64,000 bases of DNA from Candidatus Iainarchaeum sp. (GCA_018304425.1 JAGVWE010000004.1:123181-187180); one strand, 5' to 3'; numbered from the stretch's first letter, positions 21,437 to 31,603 are shown. The notes: generated by a model from the sequence alone, not told the origin. Translations and numbers: made by a program.

Positions 21437-21865
21437 TCACCGCAGCCGTCGCAGTTTTTCCTCGTAGCCTCTTTGGAGGATGGCAATCGGTTTCCTGTCC
21501 TCGTAGCCGGTGTCGAGGCGGTGCCAGGCCGTGATTTCCTTTTCGTCGAGCTTCCAGCAGAGGTAAACGTCTTCGTCGTCCAGGCGGTGGTAGAAGTCCA
21601 CGAGGCCCTTTTCCAGGTCCTTGACGATGCACCCCATCTTCACCAGTTCCTCCATGAGCGAAAAGAATTCGACGGACTGGAGGTGGAATTCCTTGTTGGC
21701 GTTGATCATGAGCAACTCGTTTTCCAGGCTTTCCTCGAGGGGCTCCAGGTTCATTTGGCTGATGGCGTTGATGTCCTCGTTGAGCTTCATGACCCGCTCG
21801 AGTTTGGGCCGGATTTCCGCCAGTAATTCATTGGCTTCCTCGACCGTGAAATAAATCTTGCTCAT
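21437..21865 (-). CDS. DUF2203 family protein
   Basis: FTVEEANELL, VKDLEKGLVDF, VYLCWKLDE..WH..GYEDRKPI. Confidence 0.85.
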   Translation of the reverse strand: MSKIYFTVEEANELLAEIRPKLERVMKLNEDINAISQMNLEPLEESLENELLMINANKEFHLQSVEFFSLMEELVKMGCIVKDLEKGLVDFYHRLDDEDVYLCWKLDEKEITAWHRLDTGYEDRKPIAILQRGYEEKLRRLR

Positions 21866-21933
21866 ACTCCATCAATGGAATGAGCGACGGGTATTTAAAG
21901 ATTTTTTTCAAGGCGTTTGACTGAAATTTCCCG

Positions 21934-22356
21934 TCAGATTTTGATGCCCGCCACCACGTGCGTCTGCTGCGGGTCATTCCGGTAGGCCCGCATGCCTTCC
22001 TTCAAGACGTGCAAGCCCAGCAACGCGCACTTGACCCTGGTTTCAATGATGTTGCCAAGCACTTCGAACAAATCAGCGGGCGTCAAGTGCGTGATTTCTT
22101 CAGGGGATTTGCCTTTCACGAGCTCGGTCACCAGGCTTTCCGCGGCCCGGCTAATGGCGCAGCCCTGCCCGTTAAACCGTATCTCGGCGACTTTCCCGGT
22201 TTCCGCGTCAAACCGGACGTCAAACGCCACTTCGTCCCCGCACAAAGGGTTTCCCCCTGCCAGGTGCAGGTCCGGCTTCTCCAGGCTGCCGAAGTTCACG
22301 GGGTTCCTGTACAAGTCCAGGATGACCTCGGAATAGATGTCCTTCAACTCGACCAC
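21934..22356 (-). CDS. sufU: SufU/IscU-type scaffold or sulfur acceptor
   Basis: NPLCGD, GCAISRA, RVKCALL. Confidence 0.9.
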   Translation of the reverse strand: MVELKDIYSEVILDLYRNPVNFGSLEKPDLHLAGGNPLCGDEVAFDVRFDAETGKVAEIRFNGQGCAISRAAESLVTELVKGKSPEEITHLTPADLFEVLGNIIETRVKCALLGLHVLKEGMRAYRNDPQQTHVVAGIKI

Positions 22357-22360
22357 GCGT

Positions 22361-23587
22361 TCACCCCATGAATTGCTTGGCCTTGTGCAGGACTTCGGCC
22401 ATCAACTTGATTTCGTCCGGCGTGTTGTAAACGTAGAAACTCGCGCGCGCCGTGCCCTTGATTCCCAGTTCGCGCATGAGGGGCTGCCCGCAGTGGTCCC
22501 CGCTCCGAACCGCTATCCCGTACCGGTCGAGGATGCTGGCCACGTCATGGGGGTGGATGCCTTTCAGGTTGAAGGAAACGACCCCGGAACGCTTCTCGAT
22601 TTCGTCGGGGCCGTACACGGTCACGCCCTCGCTTTCATGCAGGGCCCTCAACGCAACCGCCATCACCTTCTTTTCGTGCTCGCGCACGTTCTCCATGCCG
22701 AGCTTCTGCAGGTAGTCAATCGCGGCACTCAACCCGATGCCTTCCGCGATGTTGGGGGTGCCGGCTTCGAACCGCCAGGGCAGCTTGTTGAACACCGTGT
22801 GATCCAAAAAAACCTCGGCAATCATGTCGCCCCCGTAGAGGAACGGCTCCATGCGCTCCAGGAGGTCTTTCTTCGCGTACAAGGCCCCGATTCCGGTCGG
22901 GCCCAGCATCTTGTGGGCCGAGAACACGAAAAAGTCGGCATCCATGTTCCGGACGTCCACCGGCATGTGGGGCGTTGACTGGGCGCCGTCAACCAAGACC
23001 AAGGCATCGAACTCGTGCGCGACCTTGATGAGGTGCTCGGCCGGGTTGATGGTGCCCAAAACGTTCGAGCAGTTCGTGAACGCGACCAGCTTCGTCTTCT
23101 TCGACAGCTTCTTCTCGAAATCCTCGGTGTCCAGGGTTCCATTCGAGCGCACGTTCGCAAAGTTCACCTTCAGCCCGTGCGCCAGGGCCAGCTGCTGCCA
23201 GGGCACGAGGTTCGAGTGGTGCTCCATCTTGGTCAAGAGAATCTCGTCGCCTGCCTTCAACTGCTTCTTGAGCAAGCTGTAGGCCACCAGGTTGATGGCC
23301 TCCGTCGCGTTCTTGGTGAACACCATTTCATCCCAGGACTTGGCGCCCACGAATTTGGCGGCCTTTTCATGCGCCTGCTCCCAGGCATTGGAGGCCTCGG
23401 CGCTCAGGGAATGCACCGCGCGGTGCACGTTGGCATTGTAATTCCGGTAATAATCGTTCATGGCCTCGATGACCTGCCGTGGCTTCTGCGTCGTCGCGGC
23501 ATTGTCGAAGTAGACGAGGGGCTTGCCGTGCACCTTTCGCTCGAGGATGGGGAAGTCTTCCCTGATTTTTTGTGCGTTCAGGCTCAT
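22361..23587 (-). CDS. sufS: SufS cysteine desulfurase
   Basis: YFDNAATTQKP, SAHKMLGPTG, RSGDHCGQP. Confidence 0.95.
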   Translation of the reverse strand: MSLNAQKIREDFPILERKVHGKPLVYFDNAATTQKPRQVIEAMNDYYRNYNANVHRAVHSLSAEASNAWEQAHEKAAKFVGAKSWDEMVFTKNATEAINLVAYSLLKKQLKAGDEILLTKMEHHSNLVPWQQLALAHGLKVNFANVRSNGTLDTEDFEKKLSKKTKLVAFTNCSNVLGTINPAEHLIKVAHEFDALVLVDGAQSTPHMPVDVRNMDADFFVFSAHKMLGPTGIGALYAKKDLLERMEPFLYGGDMIAEVFLDHTVFNKLPWRFEAGTPNIAEGIGLSAAIDYLQKLGMENVREHEKKVMAVALRALHESEGVTVYGPDEIEKRSGVVSFNLKGIHPHDVASILDRYGIAVRSGDHCGQPLMRELGIKGTARASFYVYNTPDEIKLMAEVLHKAKQFMG

Positions 23588-24711
23588 GCGTGTCCAGCTC
23601 CTGCCCTGGTTTCGCCCCACTTGCGCCTGAGTTCCACGGCCAGGGGCTCGTGAAAGGCGGGGGGCATGCGATGTAACAAGCTTTCCAGGAACCCCATTAT
23701 AATCATTTCCTGTGCTTCCCCAGCCGGCAGGCCCCGGCTCATCAGGTAAAACAGGGGCTCTTCCTCGATGTGCCTCACCGAGGCCGAGTGCTTGGCTTTC
23801 ACGTCGTCGGCCTCGATTTCGAGGCCCGGCACGTTGCGGCTCTTGGCTTCCCGGCTCAGCAGCAGGCTGTGGGCTTCGAGCAGGGACTCCGTCTTCTGGC
23901 CGCCGGGCAGGATTCGGACCATGCCATCGAAGTTGGCCTGGCTGTGGCCGTTCAGCACGTTCTTCATGGAACTATAGGCTTGGGTGTGCTCTCCGCTGTG
24001 CACGGTCAGCAGGCGGACGTCGGCTTTCTGCCGGCCAGCCAGCAGCATCGCATCCAATTGCTCGGCGGAGCTGCCGCGGCCGTTCAACGCCAGGCACAGG
24101 CTGCCCTTCACGTTCTCGCCTTCCACCCACAAGTTCAGTCCCCTGAATTTTGCGTCCCTGGCCAGGATCTGCTGCTGGCACACGCCATTCCAGCCCCCAG
24201 CCAAATGGATGCGCGCGCAGGAAACCCCCGCGCCGGCGCCCAACACGACCGTCTCCGCAAGCAACCCGTTCCCGCCCTTCACGCGTTCCAGCACCTTGGC
24301 GCTCGCGCCGGCCACGGCCAGCACGATTACCTTGGCGGCCGCGTGCTCGCCCAATTCAACCGTCCACGAAACCGTTTCAGCCGGTGCGCCCTCGATTACC
24401 ACGACAAAGCAGTCCGCAAACGCGGCGTTTGCCCGCGCTTCCATGGCGTCATGGGGGGCCTGCTCCGATTCCAGGGCCTGCCTGATTTGTTCGCCGTAGG
24501 CCGGCAACGCCTCATCGAAGCCCAGCACGCGCGCGCCCCTCACTTCGGCGATGCGCGTCGCACCCCCGGCGGGCGCGAAGGCGGTCAGCCATTCCTTCCA
24601 CTTCCTCTCGTCGGAGGACAAGCGGTAGGGCCAGGGCCAGGCCTCGAAAACCTGCCTGTTTTTCTCCCGGTAGGCTGAGAGCCAGCCGGGTTGCGTGCCA
24701 ACAGTAGCCAT
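23584..24711 (-). CDS. sufD: SufD
   Basis: PGLEIEADDVKAKHSASV, LFYLMSRG; start 24711 or 24732. Confidence 0.88.
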   Translation of the reverse strand: MATVGTQPGWLSAYREKNRQVFEAWPWPYRLSSDERKWKEWLTAFAPAGGATRIAEVRGARVLGFDEALPAYGEQIRQALESEQAPHDAMEARANAAFADCFVVVIEGAPAETVSWTVELGEHAAAKVIVLAVAGASAKVLERVKGGNGLLAETVVLGAGAGVSCARIHLAGGWNGVCQQQILARDAKFRGLNLWVEGENVKGSLCLALNGRGSSAEQLDAMLLAGRQKADVRLLTVHSGEHTQAYSSMKNVLNGHSQANFDGMVRILPGGQKTESLLEAHSLLLSREAKSRNVPGLEIEADDVKAKHSASVRHIEEEPLFYLMSRGLPAGEAQEMIIMGFLESLLHRMPPAFHEPLAVELRRKWGETRAGAGHA

Positions 24712-24736
24712 GCCTTTCCCTTCCGGTTCCATTGGC

Positions 24737-27313
24737 TCAGCCGACGGAGTTCTCCATCTCCAATTCAATCAGGCGGTTCAGTTCCACGGCGTACTCCATG
24801 GGGAGGCTGCGCGTGAACTCGCGGATGAAGCCCATGACGATCATGGTGCGCGCTTCCTCTTCCTTGAGGCCGCGGGACATCAAGTAGAATATCTGGTCTT
24901 CGCCGATTTTGCCCACCGTGGCCTCGTGCCCGATGTCCGCAGTCGGCTCGTCGACTTCGATGGTTGGATAGGTGTCGCTCCTGGATGCGGGGTCAAGCAT
25001 GAGGGCATCGCATTGCACGTGGCTGGTGACGTTCTTGGCGCCCTTGAAGACCTTCAACAGGCCCCGGTAGGTCGCGCGGCCGCCGTCCTTGCTCACGCTC
25101 TTGCTGGTAATCGTGCTCGTGGTATTGGAAGCCAGGTGCACGACCTTTCCGCCCGCGTCCTGGCGTTGTCCCTTGGAGGCCAGGGCCACGCTCAAAATCT
25201 CGGCCTTGGCGCCTTCTTCCATGAGGTAAACGGAAGGGTATTTCTGGGTGACCTTGCTGCCCAGGTTCCCGTCCACCCATTCGACTGTAGCATTCCGGTA
25301 GGCAAAAGCTCGCTTGGTGACCAGGTTGTAGATGTTGTTGGCCCAGTTCTGGATGGTCGTGTATCGGATGGTCGCGCCCGGCCTCGCGATGAGTTCGACG
25401 ACCGCGGAGTGCAAACTTTCACTACTGTACTTTGGGGCAGTGCAATTGTGTACGGCCACGCCGCCAGCCACGTAGCTTTCGTCCTTCTCCACGCTGAAAT
25501 TGTAAACGGAGACCTTTTCGACTTCCCTGGCCGAGACGCTTTTGATGGGCACAAACGCATACTCTTTGCTGATGTGCGCGTAGGACTTGGCGTTGACTTC
25601 CTTGACCGCCTGCCAGGCGCTCTGCTTTCCCACTGCGACCTCGTTGGCCACCACGGTGTCCACGATTTCCGCGAACTTCGGCAAAAAGCCTCCGCCGACG
25701 TGTACGCAGTAAATGTTCCGCCGCTTGCCGCTGCGTTTGTGTTCGTTGAGTCCGGCGAAAATGTCCAACCGCAACAGCAGGCCCTGCAACTGCTTAGCCA
25801 GCGTCTTCGAGATGGTGTTCATGCGGAACAGGCGCTTGACGCCCCACCCGTACTGCTTGAGCATGAAGCTTCCATCGCCCCTCCAGAAGCCTTTGACCAA
25901 CTCCATCTGCTTCGCCGGAGCCTCGCGCATGGCCCAAGCCGGCGCGTGCTTGCCCGCGGCGCCTTTCCCGCATTCGCGTTCGAAGAACCTCGCCGCCATG
26001 GTCGAACACAGCACCAGCGAGATACCATTCTTGTATTCCTTGTATTGCAGTGGCGCCTTGTGGAAGTATTTGACCAGTAGCCGCTTGGTGTCCTCAATAT
26101 ATTCCGTCTCGTTCTTGTTGAAGGTGAATGCGAGGTAGTGGCTGCCCATCGTGTTGCCTTCGGACAGATAATAGCCCAGTAGTCGGAAGAAGTCCGCGTC
26201 GGTTTCAAGCGTGAGTGTTTCTTCCTTGAAACCGTGCCCGCCTTTTCCCATTGGGACCATGAATTCCCGCACGCTTTTTTCTTCGGTCTGCCGGTCAATC
26301 GGGATGGCCAGGTAATCCCCCGGCAGGAGCGCGTTTGCCGGCTGCCAGCCAGGTTCCCAGGCAGTATTCTTGTATTCTGCTTTTTGCCGCTTGACCACCA
26401 GGAACGGGTGTTCTTCCGTGGCTTCAATTTTCTCAGAGCTGTCGCCAAAGTATTCAATCGTGAAAAGGTTGCCTGTGTAGGGCCGTACCTGGGTTTGATA
26501 AACGTCCTTGTATTCGCCTGCATGCGTCAGCACCTTCTCGCCCACTCGAACCTCTTCAATGGGCTTGTGCCCGTTTTCAGTCACAATTTCCGTGCCTGCG
26601 GTAAAGCAGCCCTCTATGTACGTCACCTTTGCGCCCTCGTCCGCGATGATAAGCGTCCGCTCGAACTGCCCCATGTTCTCGGCGTTGATGCGGAAGTAGG
26701 CCTGCAGGGGAACCTCGACCTTCGTGTTCTTCGGCACGTAGACGAAGCTGCCCCCGCTCCACACCGCGGTGTTCAGGGCCGCGAACTTGTTGTCGTCGAA
26801 GGGGATAACGGTGTTGAAGTATTCCTTGACGAGCTCCGGGTACTGCTTGAGGCCCTCGTCCATGCTCAGGAAGACCACGCCCAGTTTTTCGAGGTCCTTG
26901 CGTATGTTGTGGTAGATTACTTCCGAGTCGAACTGCGCGCCCACCCCGCCCAGGAACTTCTTCTCGGCTTCCGGGATGCCGAGCTTGTCGAAAGTGTTCT
27001 TGATGTAGTCGGGCACGTCCTTCCAGTCGGTCTTGTTCTTTCCCGCGCTCATGTAGTAAATGATGTCGTCGAAGTTGATGGCGGAGAGGTCGGGGCCCCA
27101 CTTGGGGAGGGGCTTCTCCTGGAACGCTTGGAGGGCCTTTAAACGCAGGTCCAGCATCCATTCCGGTTCATTCTTGATGTGCGAGATTTCCCGAACGGTT
27201 TTCTCGTTCAAGCCCTTGTCCAGGATGATTTCGTACTTCTTGGTGTCCGAGCGGAAGTCGTACTTCGAGTAGTCGAAGGTCGTAAGCGCGCGTTCCTTGG
27301 TCTTGGGCGTCAT
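24737..27313 (-). CDS. sufB: SufB precursor containing an intein
   Basis: GQFERTLII, YIEG|...|CTAPKYS, GHEATVGKI. Confidence 0.96.
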   Translation of the reverse strand: MTPKTKERALTTFDYSKYDFRSDTKKYEIILDKGLNEKTVREISHIKNEPEWMLDLRLKALQAFQEKPLPKWGPDLSAINFDDIIYYMSAGKNKTDWKDVPDYIKNTFDKLGIPEAEKKFLGGVGAQFDSEVIYHNIRKDLEKLGVVFLSMDEGLKQYPELVKEYFNTVIPFDDNKFAALNTAVWSGGSFVYVPKNTKVEVPLQAYFRINAENMGQFERTLIIADEGAKVTYIEGCFTAGTEIVTENGHKPIEEVRVGEKVLTHAGEYKDVYQTQVRPYTGNLFTIEYFGDSSEKIEATEEHPFLVVKRQKAEYKNTAWEPGWQPANALLPGDYLAIPIDRQTEEKSVREFMVPMGKGGHGFKEETLTLETDADFFRLLGYYLSEGNTMGSHYLAFTFNKNETEYIEDTKRLLVKYFHKAPLQYKEYKNGISLVLCSTMAARFFERECGKGAAGKHAPAWAMREAPAKQMELVKGFWRGDGSFMLKQYGWGVKRLFRMNTISKTLAKQLQGLLLRLDIFAGLNEHKRSGKRRNIYCVHVGGGFLPKFAEIVDTVVANEVAVGKQSAWQAVKEVNAKSYAHISKEYAFVPIKSVSAREVEKVSVYNFSVEKDESYVAGGVAVHNCTAPKYSSESLHSAVVELIARPGATIRYTTIQNWANNIYNLVTKRAFAYRNATVEWVDGNLGSKVTQKYPSVYLMEEGAKAEILSVALASKGQRQDAGGKVVHLASNTTSTITSKSVSKDGGRATYRGLLKVFKGAKNVTSHVQCDALMLDPASRSDTYPTIEVDEPTADIGHEATVGKIGEDQIFYLMSRGLKEEEARTMIVMGFIREFTRSLPMEYAVELNRLIELEMENSVG
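25445..26608 (-). mobile_element. 388-aa intein with LAGLIDADG homing endonuclease
   Basis: N-terminal CFTAGTEI, block B ATEEHPF, LLGYYLSEG and LVKGFWRGDG, C-terminal VYNFSV..SY..VHN/C. Confidence 0.95.
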
Positions 27314-28095
27314 TGCCTCGCCTCCACGGCCACTTCAGGGGAAAGCGGCTTGTCCTCGGTGATCCAGGCATAGCCCTTGGCCTCCAACTGGTCGGCGAAG
27401 CCCGCGTCCCCGGAAGCAACTATTTTGCCGTCCACGAGCACGTGCACGCGGTCGGGTTTGAGGTAGCTCAAAATGCGCTTGTAGTGGGTGATGACCAGGG
27501 CGCTGGACTCCGGCGTGCGCAAGCCGTTGACGGTCTCGGCCACCAGCTTGAGGCTGTCGATGTCGAGGCCGGAATCGGTTTCGTCGAGAATCGCCAGGAC
27601 GGGTTCGAGCATCATGAGTTGCAGGATTTCGGCGCGCTTTTTTTCGCCGCCGGAAAACCCGACGTTGAGTTCGCGTTTGACGAGTTCGTCTTTCATTCCA
27701 AGCTGCTTGGCTTTCCCGGAAAGCCTGCGGCTGAATTCCAGGATGCCCTCATTCTTGCCTGGAAACCGCGCCTTGTGGGCCGCGTGCAGGAACCGGATGA
27801 ATGGAAGACCCTGGATTTCAAAGGGATACTGGAAGCTGAGGAACAACCCTGCCTTGGCGCGCTGGTCCGGCGGGAGTTCGGCCAGGTTCCTGCCCTTGAA
27901 CAAAATGGTTCCCTGCGTGACCTCGTACTTGGGGTGGCCCATGAGGACATTGCTGAGCGTGCTCTTGCCGGCGCCATTCGGCCCCATGATGGCGTGCACC
28001 TCTCCGGGCAGGATGGTAAGCGAGAGGCCCTTCAAAATCTCTTTTCCGGCCACGGTGGCGTGGAGGTTCTTTATTTCAAGCAAAGGCGTTTGCAT
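27310..28095 (-). CDS. sufC: SufC ABC ATPase
   Basis: GPNGAGKST, FSGGEKKR, LDETDSGLDID. Confidence 0.96.
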   Translation of the reverse strand: MQTPLLEIKNLHATVAGKEILKGLSLTILPGEVHAIMGPNGAGKSTLSNVLMGHPKYEVTQGTILFKGRNLAELPPDQRAKAGLFLSFQYPFEIQGLPFIRFLHAAHKARFPGKNEGILEFSRRLSGKAKQLGMKDELVKRELNVGFSGGEKKRAEILQLMMLEPVLAILDETDSGLDIDSLKLVAETVNGLRTPESSALVITHYKRILSYLKPDRVHVLVDGKIVASGDAGFADQLEAKGYAWITEDKPLSPEVAVEARQ

Positions 28096-28103
28096 GCATT
28101 CAC

Positions 28104-28433
28104 CTACTTGCAGTCCAGCCGCTTGCACTCGTTCTGGCAGCAATGCGTTACGTGCTGGTTCATGATCTGGATGACGGACAACCCGGACTGGTTGTCGTGG
28201 CTGTGCGGCATCTCGCGGAGGGAGTAAATCCGTTGCTTGCCCTTCTTTTCCGCGTTGACGTAGTTGCAGGCGCGCAGGATTTCCAATGAATGGCTGACCC
28301 GGCTCTGCTCGGCCGCCAAGGCCCGTGCAATCTCGGACACCGGCTTCGGCCCCTCTTTCAGGGTCTCCAAAATCTGCAGCCGCAAGTCGTTGGCCAGGGT
28401 CTCAAAGCAGAGCTTGTATGGCACGGCATTCAT
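28104..28433 (-). CDS. ArsR-family regulator with His/Cys-rich C-terminus
   Basis: LANDLRLQIL..VSEIA..QSRVSHSL; tail HVTHCCQNECKRLDCK; first gene of the suf operon. Confidence 0.88.
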   Translation of the reverse strand: MNAVPYKLCFETLANDLRLQILETLKEGPKPVSEIARALAAEQSRVSHSLEILRACNYVNAEKKGKQRIYSLREMPHSHDNQSGLSVIQIMNQHVTHCCQNECKRLDCK

Positions 28434-28440
28434 ATGAAAT

Positions 28441-28460
28441 ATAGTTCATGCATCAACTAT
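28441..28460. promoter_or_regulatory. Near-palindromic operator of the suf operon
   Basis: ATAGTTCATGCATCAACTAT between a TATA-like box and the start codon. Confidence 0.65.
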
Positions 28461-28515
28461 TTAAGGTTTTTGGGTCAGAAGCCGAAGTAAAGGCCTTAAA
28501 AGGCGTTTCCAGGCC

Positions 28516-29709
28516 TTACCACCCATAGTACTTGGCCGAGCTGTACTTGAAGGCGTGGAACACTCGCAGGACGCCTTTCCGCACCAGGTTGTGGTTGCCG
28601 ACCAACAGTTTCAAGGCGATGCCGAGCTTTTGCCAGGCCGTCATGCCCAGCAAGTCCTTCGGCAGGAGATGCGCCATTTGATTCAATTCAGGGTCCGTGA
28701 ATGCATACATGGCTTCCTTGCCTTCCACGATTTTGGGGTAGGGCGGAAACTCGGCCTTCCATTTCCGCTCGTACTCGGACAAGGCTTTCGCGTTCCAGTC
28801 CCCGCCATGAATGGCTTTCGCCGCGGTCTCGGCCGCGAGCTTCCCCGACACGATGCCCAGGTGCGTGCCGCCCTCGAACAAGGGGCTCGTGAACCCCGCC
28901 GCATCCCCCACCAACAACAAGCCGTCCGCAAACGTTTTCTCCACTGGCCCCGAAGCCGGAATCGGGCCGCCAAAGGTTTTCTTCACCACTTTTTTCTCCC
29001 AACCCATCTGCTTGACGAACTCGTCCAAGTACGCTTTGGCCTTGTTCTTTTCCGTGGTCACCAGTCCCACGTTGGCGCGGCCCGCGCACTTGGGAATCAT
29101 CCAAAGATAACCCTCCGGCGCCAGCTTGGGCCAGAGGTAGAAGTCCAGCCAGCCCTCCTGGGGGATGTCCATCATCTCATACTGGATGCCGATGACGAGG
29201 TCAAACCGTTTGTTCAACCCCAGCTTTGAACTGCTCAACGCCTGGGGGCCGGTCGCGTCAACCACCACCTTTGCCGAAAAACTTTTCTCTCCACAGGCCA
29301 CGCGCCAGAGTTTGCCTGCCCCCGTAAGGGGGCCCACGCGCTGCAAGTCGGTTACCCGGTGTCCCAGCTTTACTTCCGCGCCCGCCTTTTGCGCCTCGGC
29401 CGAAATCCATTGCTCGAACTTGTGCTTTTCGAGGACGTAGCCCTTTTCCTCGACAAGGCTCGCGGTGCCATCCGGGAAAATCACGCGCACGCCCTTGACG
29501 TCCAGGGAAACGGCTTCCGCCGGCAACGGCATGCCCAGCTTCGCCACGCAGGCCTCGGACAGGCATTCCCCGCAGTGCACGGGCTCGCCGGTCGTCAGGT
29601 GCTCTTCGAGCACCAGCGTCTTCAAGCCCGCACGCGCCGAATGAAGCGCGGCACTGCCGCCCGCCGGCCCTGCTCCAATGACGATGACGTCATACCTTGG
29701 TTCGGTCAT
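28516..29709 (-). CDS. Geranylgeranyl reductase family flavoprotein (archaeal lipid reductase-like)
   Basis: GAGPAG, PVHCGE, GYLWMIPK, VGDAAG..PLFEGG. Confidence 0.85.
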   Translation of the reverse strand: MTEPRYDVIVIGAGPAGGSAALHSARAGLKTLVLEEHLTTGEPVHCGECLSEACVAKLGMPLPAEAVSLDVKGVRVIFPDGTASLVEEKGYVLEKHKFEQWISAEAQKAGAEVKLGHRVTDLQRVGPLTGAGKLWRVACGEKSFSAKVVVDATGPQALSSSKLGLNKRFDLVIGIQYEMMDIPQEGWLDFYLWPKLAPEGYLWMIPKCAGRANVGLVTTEKNKAKAYLDEFVKQMGWEKKVVKKTFGGPIPASGPVEKTFADGLLLVGDAAGFTSPLFEGGTHLGIVSGKLAAETAAKAIHGGDWNAKALSEYERKWKAEFPPYPKIVEGKEAMYAFTDPELNQMAHLLPKDLLGMTAWQKLGIALKLLVGNHNLVRKGVLRVFHAFKYSSAKYYGW

Positions 29710-29717
29710 GGCTCCCC

Positions 29718-29873
29718 TCACAGCAACGGATAAATGAAGGCCGAAATCACGGAACTCTGCGCCAACAACACCAACGCCCCCACGATGATCAGGAGGATGA
29801 ATAACGGCAGCAGCCACCAGGCCTTGCGCTCCCAGAGGAAGGCGGCCACGTCCTTCAACAGTTCAAACGCCAT
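29718..29873 (-). CDS. Small membrane protein DUF5989/SxtK-like (absent from the ORF track)
   Basis: MAFELLKDVAAFLWERKAWWLLPLFILLIIVGALVLLAQSSVISAFIYPLL. Confidence 0.85.
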   Translation of the reverse strand: MAFELLKDVAAFLWERKAWWLLPLFILLIIVGALVLLAQSSVISAFIYPLL

Positions 29874-31591
29874 GGGTTCACCAGTTTGTCGCGGTCAACT
29901 CCACTAATGTCCTTCTTATCGATTATAAACCTATCCATGACGAGGAAGTCGATGCCGGTTCCCGCAAAGCACTTGAAGGCGTCATGCGGCGAGCAGACGA
30001 TGGGCTCGCCTTTGACGTTGAAGCTCGTGTTGATGACCACGGGAACACCCGTCAGCTTCTTGAATTCCCTGATGAGGGCGTGGAACAAGGGGTTTATTTT
30101 CCGGTCCACGGTCTGCAGCCTGGCCGTGCCATCGATGTGGGTGATGGAGGGCAGCAGCTTCTGCTTGCCTTTCTTGACGTCGCACACCAGCACCATGAAG
30201 GGGTCAGGCTGCCGGATTTCAAAGTAGTCCCGCGCCTCTTCAAGCAGTGCGGCGGGCGCGAAGGGCCGGAAGTCCTCGCGGTGCTTGACCCTCGAATTCA
30301 GGATATCCTTCATGTCGGGGTGCATGGCGTTCGCGAGAATGCTCCTGCACCCCAGCGCGCGCGGCCCCCACTCCATTCTCCCCTGGAACCAGCCCACGAT
30401 GTGGTTGGCCTGGATTAGCCTTGCGGTTTCCCCGAGCATGCCGTCCACGCTCAGCTCCCGGTGCCGGATGCGGTTGGCCTCCAGGTAGGCCCGGATTTCC
30501 TCCGGCGAATACCCGGGGCCCAGGTACGGCTTTTCGAGGACGAAAGAACGCGGTCGGCCGAGCACGTGGTGGTACGCGTGAAAGGCCACGCCCATCGAGC
30601 CCCCGGAATCCCCTGCAGCCGGCTGCACGTACAACTCGTCGAACCCGGCTTCCTTCAGGATCCTGGCATTGGCCACGCAGTTCAAGGCAACCCCGCCCGC
30701 CATGCAGAGCTTCTTCAGCCCTGTTTCCTTTTGCACGTGCCGGGCCAGGGCCACCATGGATTCTTCCAGGATTTGCTGCAACGAGCACGCCAAGTCTATG
30801 TGGTGTTGTTCGACTCTTTCCCCGGGCTTCCGCGGCCTGCCGAACTCGCGCTCGAACCGCGCCGAGAACATCCGCTCCAGGCTCATGAAGTCAAAGTAGT
30901 CCAGGTTGTTCTCGTAACTGCCGTCAGGAAAAGACCGGAAGACTTGCTTCATTTTCTCGTAGTACACGGGCTTGCCGTAGCCGGCCAAGCCCATGACCTT
31001 GTACTCGTCGGAGTTGACCTTGAAGCCAAGATAACCCGTGACCATGCTGTAAAACAGGCCCAGGCTATGGGGAAACCGCATTTCCTTCCACAACTCCATC
31101 TGGTTGCCCCTGCCCACGCCATACGCGGCCGTCGTCCACTCCCCCACCCCGTCCACGGTCAGGATAGCTGCCTCCTGGAAGGGCGAGGGGAAGAAAGCCG
31201 AAGCCGCATGGCTCTCGTGGTGGCGGATGAACACCATTCGGCCCTTCCAGCCCAGCTTCTTGCGCACGGTTTCCGGGATGCGCAGCTTTTCCGTCAGCCA
31301 GCTCGGCATCATGGCCAGGAAAACCGGCAGCGAGCGCGGAAAATAGTGGAGGAACGAGAACAGCACGCGCTCGAACTTCAGCAGCGGCTTCTCGTAGAAG
31401 CCGACGCAGTCCACGTCCTTCATGGTGATGCCGGCCTGCCGCAGGCAATAGCCGATGGCGTGCACGGGAAAGTCATCGTCGTGTTTTTTCCGCGTGAACC
31501 GCTCCTCGTCCGCGGCCGCCACGACTTCGCCGTCCTTCAACAAGGTAGCGGAAGCGTCATGGTAATGGCACGAAATGCCCAGCACGTACAT
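29855..31591 (-). CDS. Carbamoyltransferase (NodU/CmcH/TobZ/SxtI family)
   Basis: YHDAS, EERFTRKKH, HHESHA, EYKVMGLAGYG, GPRALG, REDFRPFAP, INTSFN. Confidence 0.95.
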   Translation of the reverse strand: MYVLGISCHYHDASATLLKDGEVVAAADEERFTRKKHDDDFPVHAIGYCLRQAGITMKDVDCVGFYEKPLLKFERVLFSFLHYFPRSLPVFLAMMPSWLTEKLRIPETVRKKLGWKGRMVFIRHHESHAASAFFPSPFQEAAILTVDGVGEWTTAAYGVGRGNQMELWKEMRFPHSLGLFYSMVTGYLGFKVNSDEYKVMGLAGYGKPVYYEKMKQVFRSFPDGSYENNLDYFDFMSLERMFSARFEREFGRPRKPGERVEQHHIDLACSLQQILEESMVALARHVQKETGLKKLCMAGGVALNCVANARILKEAGFDELYVQPAAGDSGGSMGVAFHAYHHVLGRPRSFVLEKPYLGPGYSPEEIRAYLEANRIRHRELSVDGMLGETARLIQANHIVGWFQGRMEWGPRALGCRSILANAMHPDMKDILNSRVKHREDFRPFAPAALLEEARDYFEIRQPDPFMVLVCDVKKGKQKLLPSITHIDGTARLQTVDRKINPLFHALIREFKKLTGVPVVINTSFNVKGEPIVCSPHDAFKCFAGTGIDFLVMDRFIIDKKDISGVDRDKLVNPWRLNC

Positions 31592-31603
31592 CCATTCACC
31601 TGG

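Noticed and set aside
21371-21437. EERAPGCRISC* as a possible remnant of the thiI 3' end, plus a short inverted match to 20757-20769
   Set aside because: Similarity too weak to distinguish from chance
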